A DNA stretch of 64,000 nt. Origin: Hyphomonadaceae bacterium. Its GTDB lineage: Bacteria > Pseudomonadota > Alphaproteobacteria > Caulobacterales > Hyphomonadaceae. Both the position numbers and the translations under genes were made by a program. Numbering within the stretch: the stretch's first letter is position 1; each line of letters begins with the position of its first letter. The DNA lies in assembly GCA_035995285.1 (NCBI GenBank), contig DASYKO010000118.1, positions 21,211-85,210 on the forward strand, given 5' to 3'. Below the pieces are notes generated by a model. That model was not told the origin of the DNA. It saw only the letters and a program-made list of their open reading frames with translations, and did not search any database. This document shows, piece by piece, positions 1 to 9,739 of the stretch.

Positions 1-1738
1 CGTCGTTGGCGACCGAGAACGTGGTGAGCGAGCCGCGCGTCATCAGGAGCTGCTTCCCGATGGAGACAACTTCGATCAGCTTGGTGGGGTCGCTGTCGAG
101 ATCGACCATGTTGCCGGCCTCGCGCGCGGCGGGCGTGCCGGTCTGCATGGCGACGCCGACATCGGCCTGCGCGAGCGCGGGCGCATCGTTGGTGCCGTCG
201 CCGCACATCGCGACCATGCGGCCCGCCGCCTGTTCCTTGCGGATCAGCCCCAGCTTGTCCTCGGGCTTGGCCTCGGCGAGGAAATCATCGACGCCTGCCT
301 CTGCCGCGATGGCCGCAGCGGTGAGCGGATTGTCCCCGGTGATCATCACGGTGCGGATGCCCATGCGGCGCAACTCCGCAAAGCGTTCCTTGACCCCGCC
401 CTTCACGACGTCCTTCAGGTGAACGATCCCGAGAACGCGGCCATCTCGCGACACGGCGAGCGGCGTTCCGCCTTCGCGGCCCACCTTGTCCGCCGCCTTG
501 CGCACCTCCGGCGATACCTCCACGGCATCCGCCCGCGCACGCACGTGGACGATGATCGCGTCCACCGCGCCCTTGCGGATGACCGCGCCATCGGCATCGA
601 CGCCGCTCATGCGGGTGTGGGCGGAGAACGGAAGGAACTTCGCCTGCCCCATGTCGCGCCCGCGCATCGCGAAGCGCTCCTTGGCCAGCACCACGATAGA
701 CCGGCCTTCCGGCGTCTCATCCGACAGCGACGCCAGCTGCGCCGCATCGGCAAGATCGCGCTCGTTGACGCCCGGCGCCGGAATGAACGCGACCGCCTGC
801 CGGTCGCCCAGCGTGATCGTGCCCGTCTTGTCGAGCAGCAGAACGTCCACGTCGCCAGCCGCCTCGACCGCCCGGCCGGAAGTCGCCAGCACGTTGAACC
901 GCACGAGCCTGTCCATGCCCGCGATGCCGATCGCCGACAGCAAGCCGCCAATGGTCGTGGGGATCAGCGCGATGAACAACGAGGCCAGCGCGACTGCGCT
1001 CACAACGCCGCCCGAATAAGCCGCGAACGCCGGGATGGTCGCGACGGCCAGAACGAAGATCAGCGACAGGCCCGCGAGCAGGACGCCCAGCGCGATCTCG
1101 TTCGGCGTTTTGCGGCGCGAGGCGCCTTCGACCAGCGCGATCATGCGGTCGAGGAAGGTGCTCCCTTGGATCGCCGTCACCTTTACCACAATGCGGTCGG
1201 ACAGCACGCGGGTGCCTGCCGTGACGGCGGACCGGTCGCCGCCGGCTTCGCGGATCACCGGCGCGCTTTCGCCAGTGATGGCGCTTTCATCGATAGTCGC
1301 GACACCTTCGATCACCTCGCCGTCCGCTGGAACGAACTCCGTTGCGATGATCTCGACCAGATCTCCGAGTTGAAGATCGCCCGCCGCAGCGGCGGGCTGC
1401 GGCTTTCCGTCGATGATCCGGCGGGCCGTGAGTTCGGAGCGAGCGCGCCGCAGGCTGGCAGCCTGGGCTTTGCCTCGTCCTTCGGCGATACCCTCGGCAA
1501 AGGTCGCAAACCACACCGTCAGGAACAGCCAGAAGGCGATCTGGCCGGCGAATACTGCGCCCTGCTCTCCGGTTGCGATGTCGCGTGCGAACAGGATCAA
1601 AACATAGATCGCGGCGAGTTCAGTGGCGAACATCACCGGGTTTCGCCACAGCTTCAGCGGCGACATCTTGGCGAAGGCGGCCAGCGCCGCATTGCGCAGG
1701 ATGCTCGGCTCCAACAGCGAGATCGGCTTGGTGGTCAT
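1..1738 (-). CDS. kdpB: Potassium-transporting P-type ATPase subunit KdpB (N-terminal ~579 codons; C-terminus beyond left edge)
   Basis: Open minus-strand frame from ATG at 1738 running off the window, so it is absent from the ORF track. Hand translation starts [43 protein letters not shown] phosphorylation motif is encoded near 818-835. Lies 11 nt downstream of kdpA. Confidence 0.93.
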   Translation of the reverse strand, partial: MTTKPISLLEPSILRNAALAAFAKMSPLKLWRNPVMFATELAAIYVLILFARDIATGEQGAVFAGQIAFWLFLTVWFATFAEGIAEGRGKAQAASLRRARSELTARRIIDGKPQPAAAAGDLQLGDLVEIIATEFVPADGEVIEGVATIDESAITGESAPVIREAGGDRSAVTAGTRVLSDRIVVKVTAIQGSTFLDRMIALVEGASRRKTPNEIALGVLLAGLSLIFVLAVATIPAFAAYSGGVVSAVALASLFIALIPTTIGGLLSAIGIAGMDRLVRFNVLATSGRAVEAAGDVDVLLLDKTGTITLGDRQAVAFIPAPGVNERDLADAAQLASLSDETPEGRSIVVLAKERFAMRGRDMGQAKFLPFSAHTRMSGVDADGAVIRKGAVDAIIVHVRARADAVEVSPEVRKAADKVGREGGTPLAVSRDGRVLGIVHLKDVVKGGVKERFAELRRMGIRTVMITGDNPLTAAAIAAEAGVDDFLAEAKPEDKLGLIRKEQAAGRMVAMCGDGTNDAPALAQADVGVAMQTGTPAAREAGNMVDLDSDPTKLIEVVSIGKQLLMTRGSLTTFSVAND

Positions 1739-1749
1739 GGGGACATGCC

Positions 1750-3450
1750 TCAGTTGAGCGTGTTCGCGGTGGCTTCGGCGACCGGACCAACCGCCAGCGC
1801 CGGCAGGAAGGTGAGCGCGCCGACCACGACGATGACGAAAGCCAGAAGACCGATGAACAGCGGTCCGTTTGTCGGGAACGTGCCGGCCGACGCCGGCGCG
1901 ATGGGCTTCGCCGCCAGGCTGCCCGCGATCGCCAGCGCCGGGATGATCACCATGAACCGGCCGATCAGCATCGCGGCTGCGTGCATGTAGGTATAGAAAT
2001 CCGTGTTGACGGTGATGCCCGCAAACGCGGAGCCGTTGTTCCCTGCGGTCGAAGCGAAGGAATAGAGGATTTCCGAGAACCCGTGCGGTCCCCCGTTGAG
2101 GACGCCGGACCTTCCCACCTCGGTCGCGGATGCGATCGCGGTTCCCGCCAGGATGGCGAGCGGCGAAGCGAGGATTGCCAGCACGGCCAGCTTCACTTCG
2201 CGGGATTCGATCTTCTTGCCGAGATAGGCAGGCGTGCGCCCGACCATCAGCCCGGCGATGAAGATCGTCAGGATAGCAAAAAGCAGGATGCCGTAGAAAC
2301 CAGCGCCGACGCCGCCGACGATCACTTCACCGGCCAGCATGTTGATCAACGGGACCAAGCCACCCAGCGCCGTGAAACTGTCATGCATCGCGTTGACGGC
2401 GCCGCAGGAGGCGGCTGTTGTGACCGCAGCGAAGAGCGCCGAGCCGGAGAGGCCGAAGCGAACCTCCTTGCCTTCCATGTTGCCCATGCCCGGATCGACG
2501 CCGGCCGCGGCGAGCGCAGGCCCGACCTGTGTCTCGGACCAGTAGGCGACGCCGGTACCTACGACGAACAGCAGGCCCATCGCGGCCAGGATCGCCCAGC
2601 CCTGGCGTTCATCGCCGACCATGCGACCGAACATGATCGTCGTCCCGGCGCCGATTGCGAAGATCGACAGCATCTGGATGAGATTGGTCCAGGCGTCCGG
2701 ATTCTCGAACGGGTGGGCGGAGTTGGCGTTGAGGAAGCCGCCGCCATTCGTGCCCAGCATCTTGATCGCCTCCTGCGAGGCGATGGGACCGATGGCGATA
2801 TCCTGCCGGACGCCTTCAAGAGTTGTCGCCGGCAGCGAGCCGGCCACCGTCTGCGGGACGCCGGAGGCAATCAGATAGACTGCGAACAGGATCGAGATCG
2901 GCAGCAGCACGTAGAGCGTGGCGCGGGTCATATCGACCCAGAAATTCCCGATCTGTCCTGTGCCCTTGCGGGCAAAGCCACGCGCGAAGGCGACCGCGAT
3001 GGCCATGCCGACGGCGGCCGACAGGAAGTTCTGCACGGTAAGCCCCGCCATCTGCGTGAGATGGCTCATCGTTGTCTCGCCAGAATAGGCCTGCCAGTTG
3101 GTGTTGGTGACGAAGCTGACCGCCGTGTTCATCGCGACGTTCGCCGGCACCGGCCCGAAGCCTTGCGGATTGAGCGGCAAAAGGTGCTGGAGCTGCATCA
3201 GCGCGAACAGGGCCAGTGTCGCCACGAGGCTGAACACGACCAGCGCTCCGGCATAGCCCTTCCAGTCCTGCTCAGCGCCCTCCTTCACGCCTGCGAGGCG
3301 ATAGAACCCGCGCTCCAGGGGCGCGAGGACCGGCGAAAGCCATGTCTTCCGCCCCTCGAATACGGCGGTGAGGTAAAGCCCCATCGGCCGCGCGATCAGC
3401 GCGACCAGGGAGACGAACACGAAAATCAGAACCCAGCCTTCGAGTCTCAT
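1750..3450 (-). CDS. kdpA: Potassium-transporting ATPase K+-binding subunit KdpA
   Basis: 566-aa ORF. The N-terminus [42 protein letters not shown] and the polytopic profile are typical of KdpA. GGAG lies 8 nt before the ATG. Confidence 0.95.
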   Translation of the reverse strand: MRLEGWVLIFVFVSLVALIARPMGLYLTAVFEGRKTWLSPVLAPLERGFYRLAGVKEGAEQDWKGYAGALVVFSLVATLALFALMQLQHLLPLNPQGFGPVPANVAMNTAVSFVTNTNWQAYSGETTMSHLTQMAGLTVQNFLSAAVGMAIAVAFARGFARKGTGQIGNFWVDMTRATLYVLLPISILFAVYLIASGVPQTVAGSLPATTLEGVRQDIAIGPIASQEAIKMLGTNGGGFLNANSAHPFENPDAWTNLIQMLSIFAIGAGTTIMFGRMVGDERQGWAILAAMGLLFVVGTGVAYWSETQVGPALAAAGVDPGMGNMEGKEVRFGLSGSALFAAVTTAASCGAVNAMHDSFTALGGLVPLINMLAGEVIVGGVGAGFYGILLFAILTIFIAGLMVGRTPAYLGKKIESREVKLAVLAILASPLAILAGTAIASATEVGRSGVLNGGPHGFSEILYSFASTAGNNGSAFAGITVNTDFYTYMHAAAMLIGRFMVIIPALAIAGSLAAKPIAPASAGTFPTNGPLFIGLLAFVIVVVGALTFLPALAVGPVAEATANTLN

Positions 3451-3462
3451 GTGCTGCGCTCC

Positions 3463-3552
3463 TCAGAATTTCTCAGGGCGCAGAAGCGCGACAAGGAAGA
3501 AGACCAACAGGCTGGCTGCCAGCGCAGCCCCAAGGACAAGATCAAACGACAT
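3463..3552 (-). CDS. kdpF: KdpF, 29-aa membrane peptide of the Kdp complex
   Basis: Hand-translated MSFDLVLGAALAASLLVFFLVALLRPEKF*. Single TM helix with the LLRPEKF-type C-terminus typical of KdpF. Ends 12 nt before kdpA. Confidence 0.8.
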   Translation of the reverse strand: MSFDLVLGAALAASLLVFFLVALLRPEKF

Positions 3553-3561
3553 GGCCTGCCC

Positions 3562-3648
3562 CTAAACCTTGCCGAGCGCGAAGATCACGGCGCCGAGCGC
3601 AGCGAACGCCGTGACCATGAATGTGAGTGCGAGAAGAGTTGCGACCAC
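3562..3648 (-). CDS. 28-codon hydrophobic micro-ORF preceding kdpF (function unknown)
   Basis: GTG at 3648 with GGAGG 5 nt upstream. Encodes (M)VATLLALTFMVTAFAALGAVIFALGKV*. 21 of 28 codons end in G/C. Its stop lies 9 nt before the kdpF ATG. Confidence 0.4.
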   Translation of the reverse strand: MVATLLALTFMVTAFAALGAVIFALGKV

Positions 3649-3690
3649 GCGAACCTCCGGACCTATCGAAGGCGAAACTGGCCGAAGCGG

Positions 3691-3742
3691 GATTAAGGGG
3701 CGAGGGGCCGGAACGCGCCCCGAGATTAAGGGCGCATTAAGT
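3691..3742 (-). promoter_or_regulatory. Three ATTAAG direct repeats in the kdp upstream region (candidate response-regulator sites)
   Basis: GATTAAGG at 3691-3698 and 3724-3731, and CATTAAGT at 3735-3742. The last two are 11 bp apart. All lie 43-94 nt upstream of the first kdp cistron. Confidence 0.25.
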
Positions 3743-3762
3743 GAGGCAAACCCTGGCGGACA

Positions 3763-3794
3763 TACAGAAAGACCGGCCACGGAGCGTGGCCGGC
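3763..3794 (-). terminator. Intrinsic terminator after the aminotransferase gene
   Basis: On the minus strand, GCCGGCCACG-CTC-CGTGGCCGGT forms a 10-bp stem including one G-U pair, followed by CTTTCTGT. Confidence 0.6.
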
Positions 3795-3820
3795 CTCTGT
3801 TCGCGATCTGCGTTGATGAC

Positions 3821-5041
3821 TTAGGCCAGAACCTTCTTCAGCGCGGTGGCGGCGCGGTCGAGTTCCCAGTCTTCGCCGACGCACATGCGGGTCCAGTTTT
3901 CGTAGCCAGCCCATGTGCGGCCGACGACCATGACGCCTTCGGCGGCCATCTTCTCAGCGAACACCTTGTTCGGCATGCCGACATCCATGAAGACGAAGCT
4001 CGCCTGCGGATTGGGCGCGTAGGGGCGGCCGGTCGCCTTGACCATTTCGAGGAGCCTGGCGCGGCCCGCCGCGAATTTCGGTTTCATCGCGGGCACAAAT
4101 TCCTTGTCGTCGAGCGAGGCCATCGCGGCGACGAGGCCGAGATGGTTGACGCCGCCGAGGCGAACGGCGCCGGCGAGATCCTGCGCCAGCTCCTTCTGCG
4201 CGATACCATAACCGATGCGCTGGCCGGCCATGCCGTAGATCTTGGAGAAGGTGCGGCCGATGATGACGTTCTTCCCGTCACGCACGAGGCCGGTCATCAC
4301 GTTGCCGGCGTAGTCATCGCAGAGGTCGAGATAGGCTTCGTCGATAAAGACCGGCGTGGTGGGCGTGGCGTGGGCTTCGGCGAACGCCTTCAGCTTGGCG
4401 GCGCTGACCATGTTGCCGGTCGGGTTGTTGGGGTTGTTGACGTAAATGCCGGTGGTTTTCTTGCTGACCTTGGCGGACATCGCGTCGAGGTCGATGCCGA
4501 ACTCTTTCGTCAGCGGCGTCTCGATCACGTGGGCGCCGTAGGTCTTGGCGGCGCGCGGCACGCCTTCATAGGTGGCGACAGAGGTGACGAGTTCGCCTTT
4601 GCCCTTCTGGGAGATCATCTCGCCATAGGCCTGGAGGATGGGAGAGGATCCGTTGGCGATGAATACCTGGGAGTAGTCCACGCCCTCGATCGCAGCGATC
4701 TTCTTCTGCAGGTCGACGGTCTCGGCGTTGGCGTAGCGGGCCGTGAGGGTGAGCACCTTGCTCATCTCGTCTACCGCCTTTGGCGAGGGGCCGAACGGGC
4801 TTTCGTTAGAGGCGAGAATGGCGGGACCCTTGGGCGCTGGCGGCGTTGCTGCTGCAGGCGTGGGCGCGGCCGTTGCGGTGGGAGAACAAGCTTGCGCGAG
4901 AGCGGTTACGCTGACAGCTGCAGCGCCAACGCCCGCGGCCTTTAGCCAGGCGCGGCGTGCGTGATTGATTGCATCCGGTCCGCCATCGGCGACCGCGCGC
5001 AGAATGCGTTCGGGGATCTTGATGTCTGCCAGGTTCTTCAT
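3821..5041 (-). CDS. Tat-signal PLP-dependent aminotransferase, class I/II (histidinol-phosphate aminotransferase-like)
   Basis: TFSKIYGMAGQRIGYG PLP-lysine motif and NPNNPTG motif. Start placed at ATG 5041 (MKNLADIK...) because GGAGG lies 6 nt upstream. HARRAWLKAAGVGAAAV is a twin-arginine motif, followed by an Ala/Pro-rich linker. Confidence 0.85.
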   Translation of the reverse strand: MKNLADIKIPERILRAVADGGPDAINHARRAWLKAAGVGAAAVSVTALAQACSPTATAAPTPAAATPPAPKGPAILASNESPFGPSPKAVDEMSKVLTLTARYANAETVDLQKKIAAIEGVDYSQVFIANGSSPILQAYGEMISQKGKGELVTSVATYEGVPRAAKTYGAHVIETPLTKEFGIDLDAMSAKVSKKTTGIYVNNPNNPTGNMVSAAKLKAFAEAHATPTTPVFIDEAYLDLCDDYAGNVMTGLVRDGKNVIIGRTFSKIYGMAGQRIGYGIAQKELAQDLAGAVRLGGVNHLGLVAAMASLDDKEFVPAMKPKFAAGRARLLEMVKATGRPYAPNPQASFVFMDVGMPNKVFAEKMAAEGVMVVGRTWAGYENWTRMCVGEDWELDRAATALKKVLA

Positions 5042-5578
5042 GGGCCAACCTCCAATGGCGCGGGGGAGCGCGTGATGTCTGGCCGGGCGATCCTCAGAAC
5101 GAAATCTCGCCTGAAGCGGCGCGCCCGATTCCAGAGTTGTTTCCGTTACGGACCTCACCGCGCGGCTGGTCAACGAAAGGATATGACATTCGCTTCTTAT
5201 CTTCTTCCCGGGCGTGCGAATGCCGAAGCGCGCGGCGCCGCCGCTGAAAATCCGCGCGCGCAAAAATGCAGCGCCTGCTTTTCAGTCAGAGGAAATGCGA
5301 GTGACCAGAGAGCAGTGCGGCGCGCGCTGAGTCATAGAGTACGAGCTTCATCAGCGCGCTTCGAGCACGCGTGGCTCTCCGAGTTCGCGGACGAGATGGC
5401 GCCGCGAGCGATGTGGTCATGCTTAACGTCACGCTCGTCCGGCGCCCGGGCGATGGTCGCGGCGTTTGGCGCTCGCGCTCAATTGATGAGCAGCGCTGAC
5501 TCTGCTGGATGGTTCGCGGGCAAGTGCGAACGAAAACTGCGCAAACAGGTGGTCGTTGCGTCCGCGGCCCTCGCCGAT

Positions 5579-5616
5579 TGACGAGCGATTGGGCGAACGC
5601 GCCCAATCGCTCGTCA
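5579..5616. other. Perfect 17-bp-stem hairpin/palindrome in a long divergent spacer
   Basis: TGACGAGCGATTGGGCG-AACG-CGCCCAATCGCTCGTCA has no mismatch. It is not followed directly by a T-run on either strand. Confidence 0.6.
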
Positions 5617-5911
5617 GGCACAGAGAGATTTTCCGCTCTTTTTGCTCTCGCAGCTTCTGCCTTATGGTGCGCTGCAGCAGACCTGTCATAGTTCGGTTCA
5701 GCGATGGTCAAACATGGCATCGGGCGGCTGCGTGTGCAGTTCCGCCTTAAAGGTATTTGTATTTTCGAAGTATAGACGACAAATCATTTGGCAGAAAGCT
5801 GATTCTGACCTTGGAAAGACTGTTCTGTCTCGACCTGTGACCGACTGAAATTCCTTACTCCCCTTCACGGATGGCCGGATTTGTTCGGTCTTTTTCTTGG
5901 CGGGGTAATCC

Positions 5912-8509
5912 ATGAAATCGCATCTTCTCTACTCTCGGCTGGTGACGGCGGCGGCTCTTGCGACGCTTGGGGCGGGTCAGGCGCTCGCCCAATCCGCGCC
6001 AGCGCCAGAGGTTCTTGCCGATACGACCGCCGCAGACGTCCCGGTAGACCAGCAGAACCAGGACAAGGCGGAGATCATCATTGTCACCGGCACTCGGGTG
6101 ACGGGGCTGGTGGCTGCGGACAGTCCGGCGCCGATCCAGGTGTTGGATATCGGCACGCTCGAGGATGTTGGCCAGCCGGACCTGATCCAGGCATTGGCGC
6201 AGAACATTCCATCCCTCACCGCGCAGGCCTTCGGCGGCGACACGGCGGCGCTGACGCTCTCTGCAAAGCTGCGCGGCGTCAGCCCCAACCATGCGCTGGT
6301 GCTGGTCAACGGCAAGCGGCGGCATGGCACGGCGAACCTCGCCGTTCTCGGGGGGCCTTATCAAGGCGGGGCGGGCGCAGACCTTAACTTCATTCCCGTT
6401 GCATCGATCGACCACGTGGAAGTTCTGCTCGATGGCGCGGCGGCGCAGTATGGATCGGACGCCATCGCGGGCGTCATCAACATCATCCAGAAGACCGCGG
6501 ATTCCGGTGGCTCGATCACGGCCTCAGGCGGCATGTATTTCGACGGCGGCGGCGAGACGGGCGACCTCACCGGCAGCGCGGGCTGGAAGCCGTTTGACAA
6601 CGCCTTCGTCAACTTCGCGTTCGAAACCAAGTTCCATGATTTCTCATTCCGCGGCGATTTCGATCCGCGTGTGGTGGACGGGCCCTGGAACACTGGCCTA
6701 ACCAACAGCCCGGCGCGTAGCTATCCGCAGATCTTCTCGCATCCCGATTGGCCGTATGTGAACCGCATTGCGGGTGATCCGCAGTACCGGCTCAATGTCG
6801 GGACTTACAACGCCGGCATGGACATTTCGGACACGCTGCACATCTACACGTTCGGATCGTACGGCTTCAAGAAGGCGCAGGCGCACGAGAACTTCCGCCT
6901 GCCCAACGTGGTCACCGGCAAGCTTGCGACCGACATCCCCTTCCCGCTCGGCTTCGATCCGCGCGAAGGGTCGGTCGAACAGGACTACCAGATCGCAACC
7001 GGCATCAAGGGCGAGGCCGGCCCGCTGCGCTGGGATCTCTCGACGACCTATGGCGAGGACAAGGTCAAGATTTCCGTCCTCAACACGGCGAACGCGGACT
7101 TCTACAAGGACACGTCCGTGCTCGCGACCGGCACGACGCCTTACATTCCGGGATATAGCCCGCGCAACGTTCTCGCGGGCTCGTTCCACTCCACCCAGTG
7201 GACCACGACACTCGACGGCGCCTACGAAGTCGACATGGGCTGGTCCGAGCCGATGACGCTCGCAGCCGGGATCGAGTATCGCGAAGACGGATACCAGCTC
7301 GGCGCGGGCAATCCGGTCTCTTACTACAAGGGCGGCACGCAATCCTTCTACGGCTTTGCACCCGTCAACGCGACCGACGCCAGCCGCACATCATCGGCGG
7401 TGTATTTCGACGTGGCGGCCAAGCCCCTGCCCCAGCTCACGCTTGATGCCGCCGTGCGCTACGGCGATTTCAGCGACTTTGGCAGCACGACGGTCGGCAA
7501 ACTCACGGCGCGGTGGGATTTCAACGACAGTTTCGCAGTGCGCGGCACGGCCTCCACCGGCTTCCGCGCGCCGACGCTGGCGGAGGGGTATTATGCCGGC
7601 ATCAACGTTTCGCCGACCTCCATCTCAGGCCAGCTGCCGCCCAACTCTCCGGGCGCCTCGCTGATCGGCATCAACGGGTTGGACCCGGAGGAATCGACAA
7701 ACTTCTCGATCGGCTTCGTCGCCCACCCGATCCCGCGACTTACGGCAACGCTGGATGTCTACCAGATCTCGATCGACGACCGCATCGTCGGTTCCGGCTC
7801 GCTGCTTGGCGCATCATCGAACCCGGCAAGCCTTGTCTCGCCCTCGGTCGTCGCGGCGATCCAGGCCAACGGCGTGATTATCGATAGCTCGATCTTCTCC
7901 AACCCGAGCTGGAGCATCGGCGCATCGGTCTTCACCAACGGCCTCGATACCGAAACCAACGGCGCGGATTTCGTGTTGACCTATTCCTCGGATTTCGGCG
8001 CCTTCGGCGATGTGGACTGGACGGCCTCCGCCAACTGGACCGACACGGAGGTTACCCGGATCGCCCCACCCCCGTCGCAGCTTTCGGGCGGCGTGGTGCT
8101 GTTCGATACGGAGGCGCTCTCCAACCTGCAGACCACCTCGCCGGAATACCGCGTGATGGCAGGCGCGATCTGGGCCCTCGGAGACTACTCGGCCAACCTG
8201 AAGGCCACATATTACGGCCAGTCCTGGGGCATGTCTCTCGACAGCTTCGGCACGCCGACCTACCGCAAGACGTCCATCGATCCGCAGCTCATCCTTGACC
8301 TGTCGCTGAGCTACGCGGTTGGCGATTCCTGGGACATCACCATTGGCGCCAACAATATCACCAACGAGTACCCGGACGAGATCAACGCGCTGCAGCGGGC
8401 GCACAGGCTTGCGCAAAACTCCAACGCCTATGTGACCAAGTATCCGAGCTCTTCTCCCTTCGGGATCAATGGCGGCTACTACTACAGCAAGCTCACCTAC
8501 AGCTTTTAG
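5912..8509 (+). CDS. TonB-dependent outer-membrane receptor
   Basis: 865 aa. Signal peptide ending ...GQALAQS, plug-domain motif IIVTGTRV, and a C-terminal ...SKLTYSF with terminal Phe. Confidence 0.93.
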   Translation: MKSHLLYSRLVTAAALATLGAGQALAQSAPAPEVLADTTAADVPVDQQNQDKAEIIIVTGTRVTGLVAADSPAPIQVLDIGTLEDVGQPDLIQALAQNIPSLTAQAFGGDTAALTLSAKLRGVSPNHALVLVNGKRRHGTANLAVLGGPYQGGAGADLNFIPVASIDHVEVLLDGAAAQYGSDAIAGVINIIQKTADSGGSITASGGMYFDGGGETGDLTGSAGWKPFDNAFVNFAFETKFHDFSFRGDFDPRVVDGPWNTGLTNSPARSYPQIFSHPDWPYVNRIAGDPQYRLNVGTYNAGMDISDTLHIYTFGSYGFKKAQAHENFRLPNVVTGKLATDIPFPLGFDPREGSVEQDYQIATGIKGEAGPLRWDLSTTYGEDKVKISVLNTANADFYKDTSVLATGTTPYIPGYSPRNVLAGSFHSTQWTTTLDGAYEVDMGWSEPMTLAAGIEYREDGYQLGAGNPVSYYKGGTQSFYGFAPVNATDASRTSSAVYFDVAAKPLPQLTLDAAVRYGDFSDFGSTTVGKLTARWDFNDSFAVRGTASTGFRAPTLAEGYYAGINVSPTSISGQLPPNSPGASLIGINGLDPEESTNFSIGFVAHPIPRLTATLDVYQISIDDRIVGSGSLLGASSNPASLVSPSVVAAIQANGVIIDSSIFSNPSWSIGASVFTNGLDTETNGADFVLTYSSDFGAFGDVDWTASANWTDTEVTRIAPPPSQLSGGVVLFDTEALSNLQTTSPEYRVMAGAIWALGDYSANLKATYYGQSWGMSLDSFGTPTYRKTSIDPQLILDLSLSYAVGDSWDITIGANNITNEYPDEINALQRAHRLAQNSNAYVTKYPSSSPFGINGGYYYSKLTYSF

Positions 8510-8686
8510 GGCCGTGAATTGTGCGACGGGACGCGCGCGGCGCCGGATTTCACGGCGCCGCGGCGGGTTGAGGGATCGTGCAGGGCAGCTCTGCTTGCCG
8601 CGGCGGCTGCCCGGGCATGACGTCGCCACATCGCAGCCGATTCCGGCGCGCCGCGCTGCGAGACAAGCGTCAGCAGGAAGACCAGC

Positions 8687-9598
8687 GTGACAGTAAACGA
8701 AATTGCATCGGCCTTGTCGCATCCAGACCAATGGATGGCGCCGCCCATGACGGACATGTGGCTTCTGGTGCTGTCGATGCTGGGCGCCGGGCTGTTTGCG
8801 GGGTTCGTCGCCGGCATGTTCGGCATAGGCGGCGGCTTTGTGGTGGTTCCTGCGCTGGCCGCGGTGCTGAGCGTGCTGGGACAGGGCTCGTCCACGTCCA
8901 ACGTCATGCATGTGGCGATCGGTACTTCACTGGCGACGATATTCTTTACGTCATTACGGTCGGTACAGGCTCACGCCAAGCGCGGTGCAGTGGACTGGAA
9001 GATCCTGAAGGGCTGGCTGCCCTGGGTGTCCATCGGCGTGATCGGCGGCGTCGTGCTGACGGGCATGATGGATGGCGGTATGCTCAAGATCGTGTTCGGC
9101 GTCGGCGTGCTGCTGATGGGCATCCACTTCATCTTCCCGCTGCTGGCGAAGAAGAAGGCGGCGGAAGAGAATATGCCCAAGGGGCCGATCCGGATGGCGC
9201 TCGGGTCTTTCCTTGGCGCGTTCTGTTCGCTGCTCGGCATTGGCGGCGGCACGCCTGCCGTGCTGATCATGACTTGGAATGGTGTCGGCATTCACCGGGC
9301 CGTCGCCACGGCGGCCGGGTTCGGCACGATCATCGCGATTCCCGGCGCGATCGGGAACATGCTGATCGGGCTCAACACGCCCGGCCTGCCCTTCGGCAGT
9401 GTCGGCTATGTGAACCTCATCGCGCTGGGCGCCATCACCGCCATGAGCATCTTCACCGCGCCCCTCGGCGCCGCGGCCGCGCACAGCCTTGATCCGGTGA
9501 AACTCAAGCGCGTGTTTGGCGTCTATCTGATCGTCACCGCCGCCTTCATGCTGAAGGATTTTGTGCCGCATTTCGACTTCGGAACGCGCGCCCTCTAA
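8687..9598 (+). CDS. TauE/SafE (TSUP) family anion exporter
   Basis: Polytopic protein with a duplicated G.GGG motif (GMFGIGGGFVVVP and SLLGIGGGTP). The start is uncertain; ATG at 8747 (MTDMWLLVL...) is an alternative. Confidence 0.85.
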   Translation: MTVNEIASALSHPDQWMAPPMTDMWLLVLSMLGAGLFAGFVAGMFGIGGGFVVVPALAAVLSVLGQGSSTSNVMHVAIGTSLATIFFTSLRSVQAHAKRGAVDWKILKGWLPWVSIGVIGGVVLTGMMDGGMLKIVFGVGVLLMGIHFIFPLLAKKKAAEENMPKGPIRMALGSFLGAFCSLLGIGGGTPAVLIMTWNGVGIHRAVATAAGFGTIIAIPGAIGNMLIGLNTPGLPFGSVGYVNLIALGAITAMSIFTAPLGAAAAHSLDPVKLKRVFGVYLIVTAAFMLKDFVPHFDFGTRAL

Positions 9599-9739
9599 TC
9601 ATGCAGTAATTGGACGGAGCGCCTCGACGCTGCGTCAATGCCGCAAAGCGGCAGCGCAAATGCTGTCTGGCGGGGCGGAAGGTTCTGCGTCAATCTTCCA
9701 GCGCGCCGACAGAAGCGCAGCAGAACCGGTGGAAACCCC

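Noticed and set aside
419-3696. Long plus-strand ORFs (419..1990, 523 aa; 1573..3696, 707 aa) overlapping kdpB/kdpA
   Set aside because: They are antisense to unmistakable KdpB and KdpA coding sequence. Their translations are Arg/Asp/His/Gly-rich low complexity with no motifs, the usual shadow ORFs of a high-GC genome.
5042-5263. N-terminal extensions given by the longest-ORF track (aminotransferase to 5263, and likewise for several other genes)
   Set aside because: Internal starts with good Shine-Dalgarno sequences coincide with the onset of signal peptides or conserved N-termini. Several also overlap the stop of the preceding gene. The affected track ORFs begin at 9638, 18520, 27420, 27877, 30897, 33621, 37400, 42031, 46114, 48641 and 61101 on the plus strand. 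On the minus strand they begin at 52325, 53239 and 57506. The extensions are low-complexity.
5286-5351. 21-codon minus-strand ORF MKLVLYDSARAALLSGHSHFL resembling the N-terminus of a glutathione S-transferase
   Set aside because: It is too short to judge, I could not trace any continuation in other frames, and no Shine-Dalgarno sequence was noted. At most it is an eroded gene fragment.
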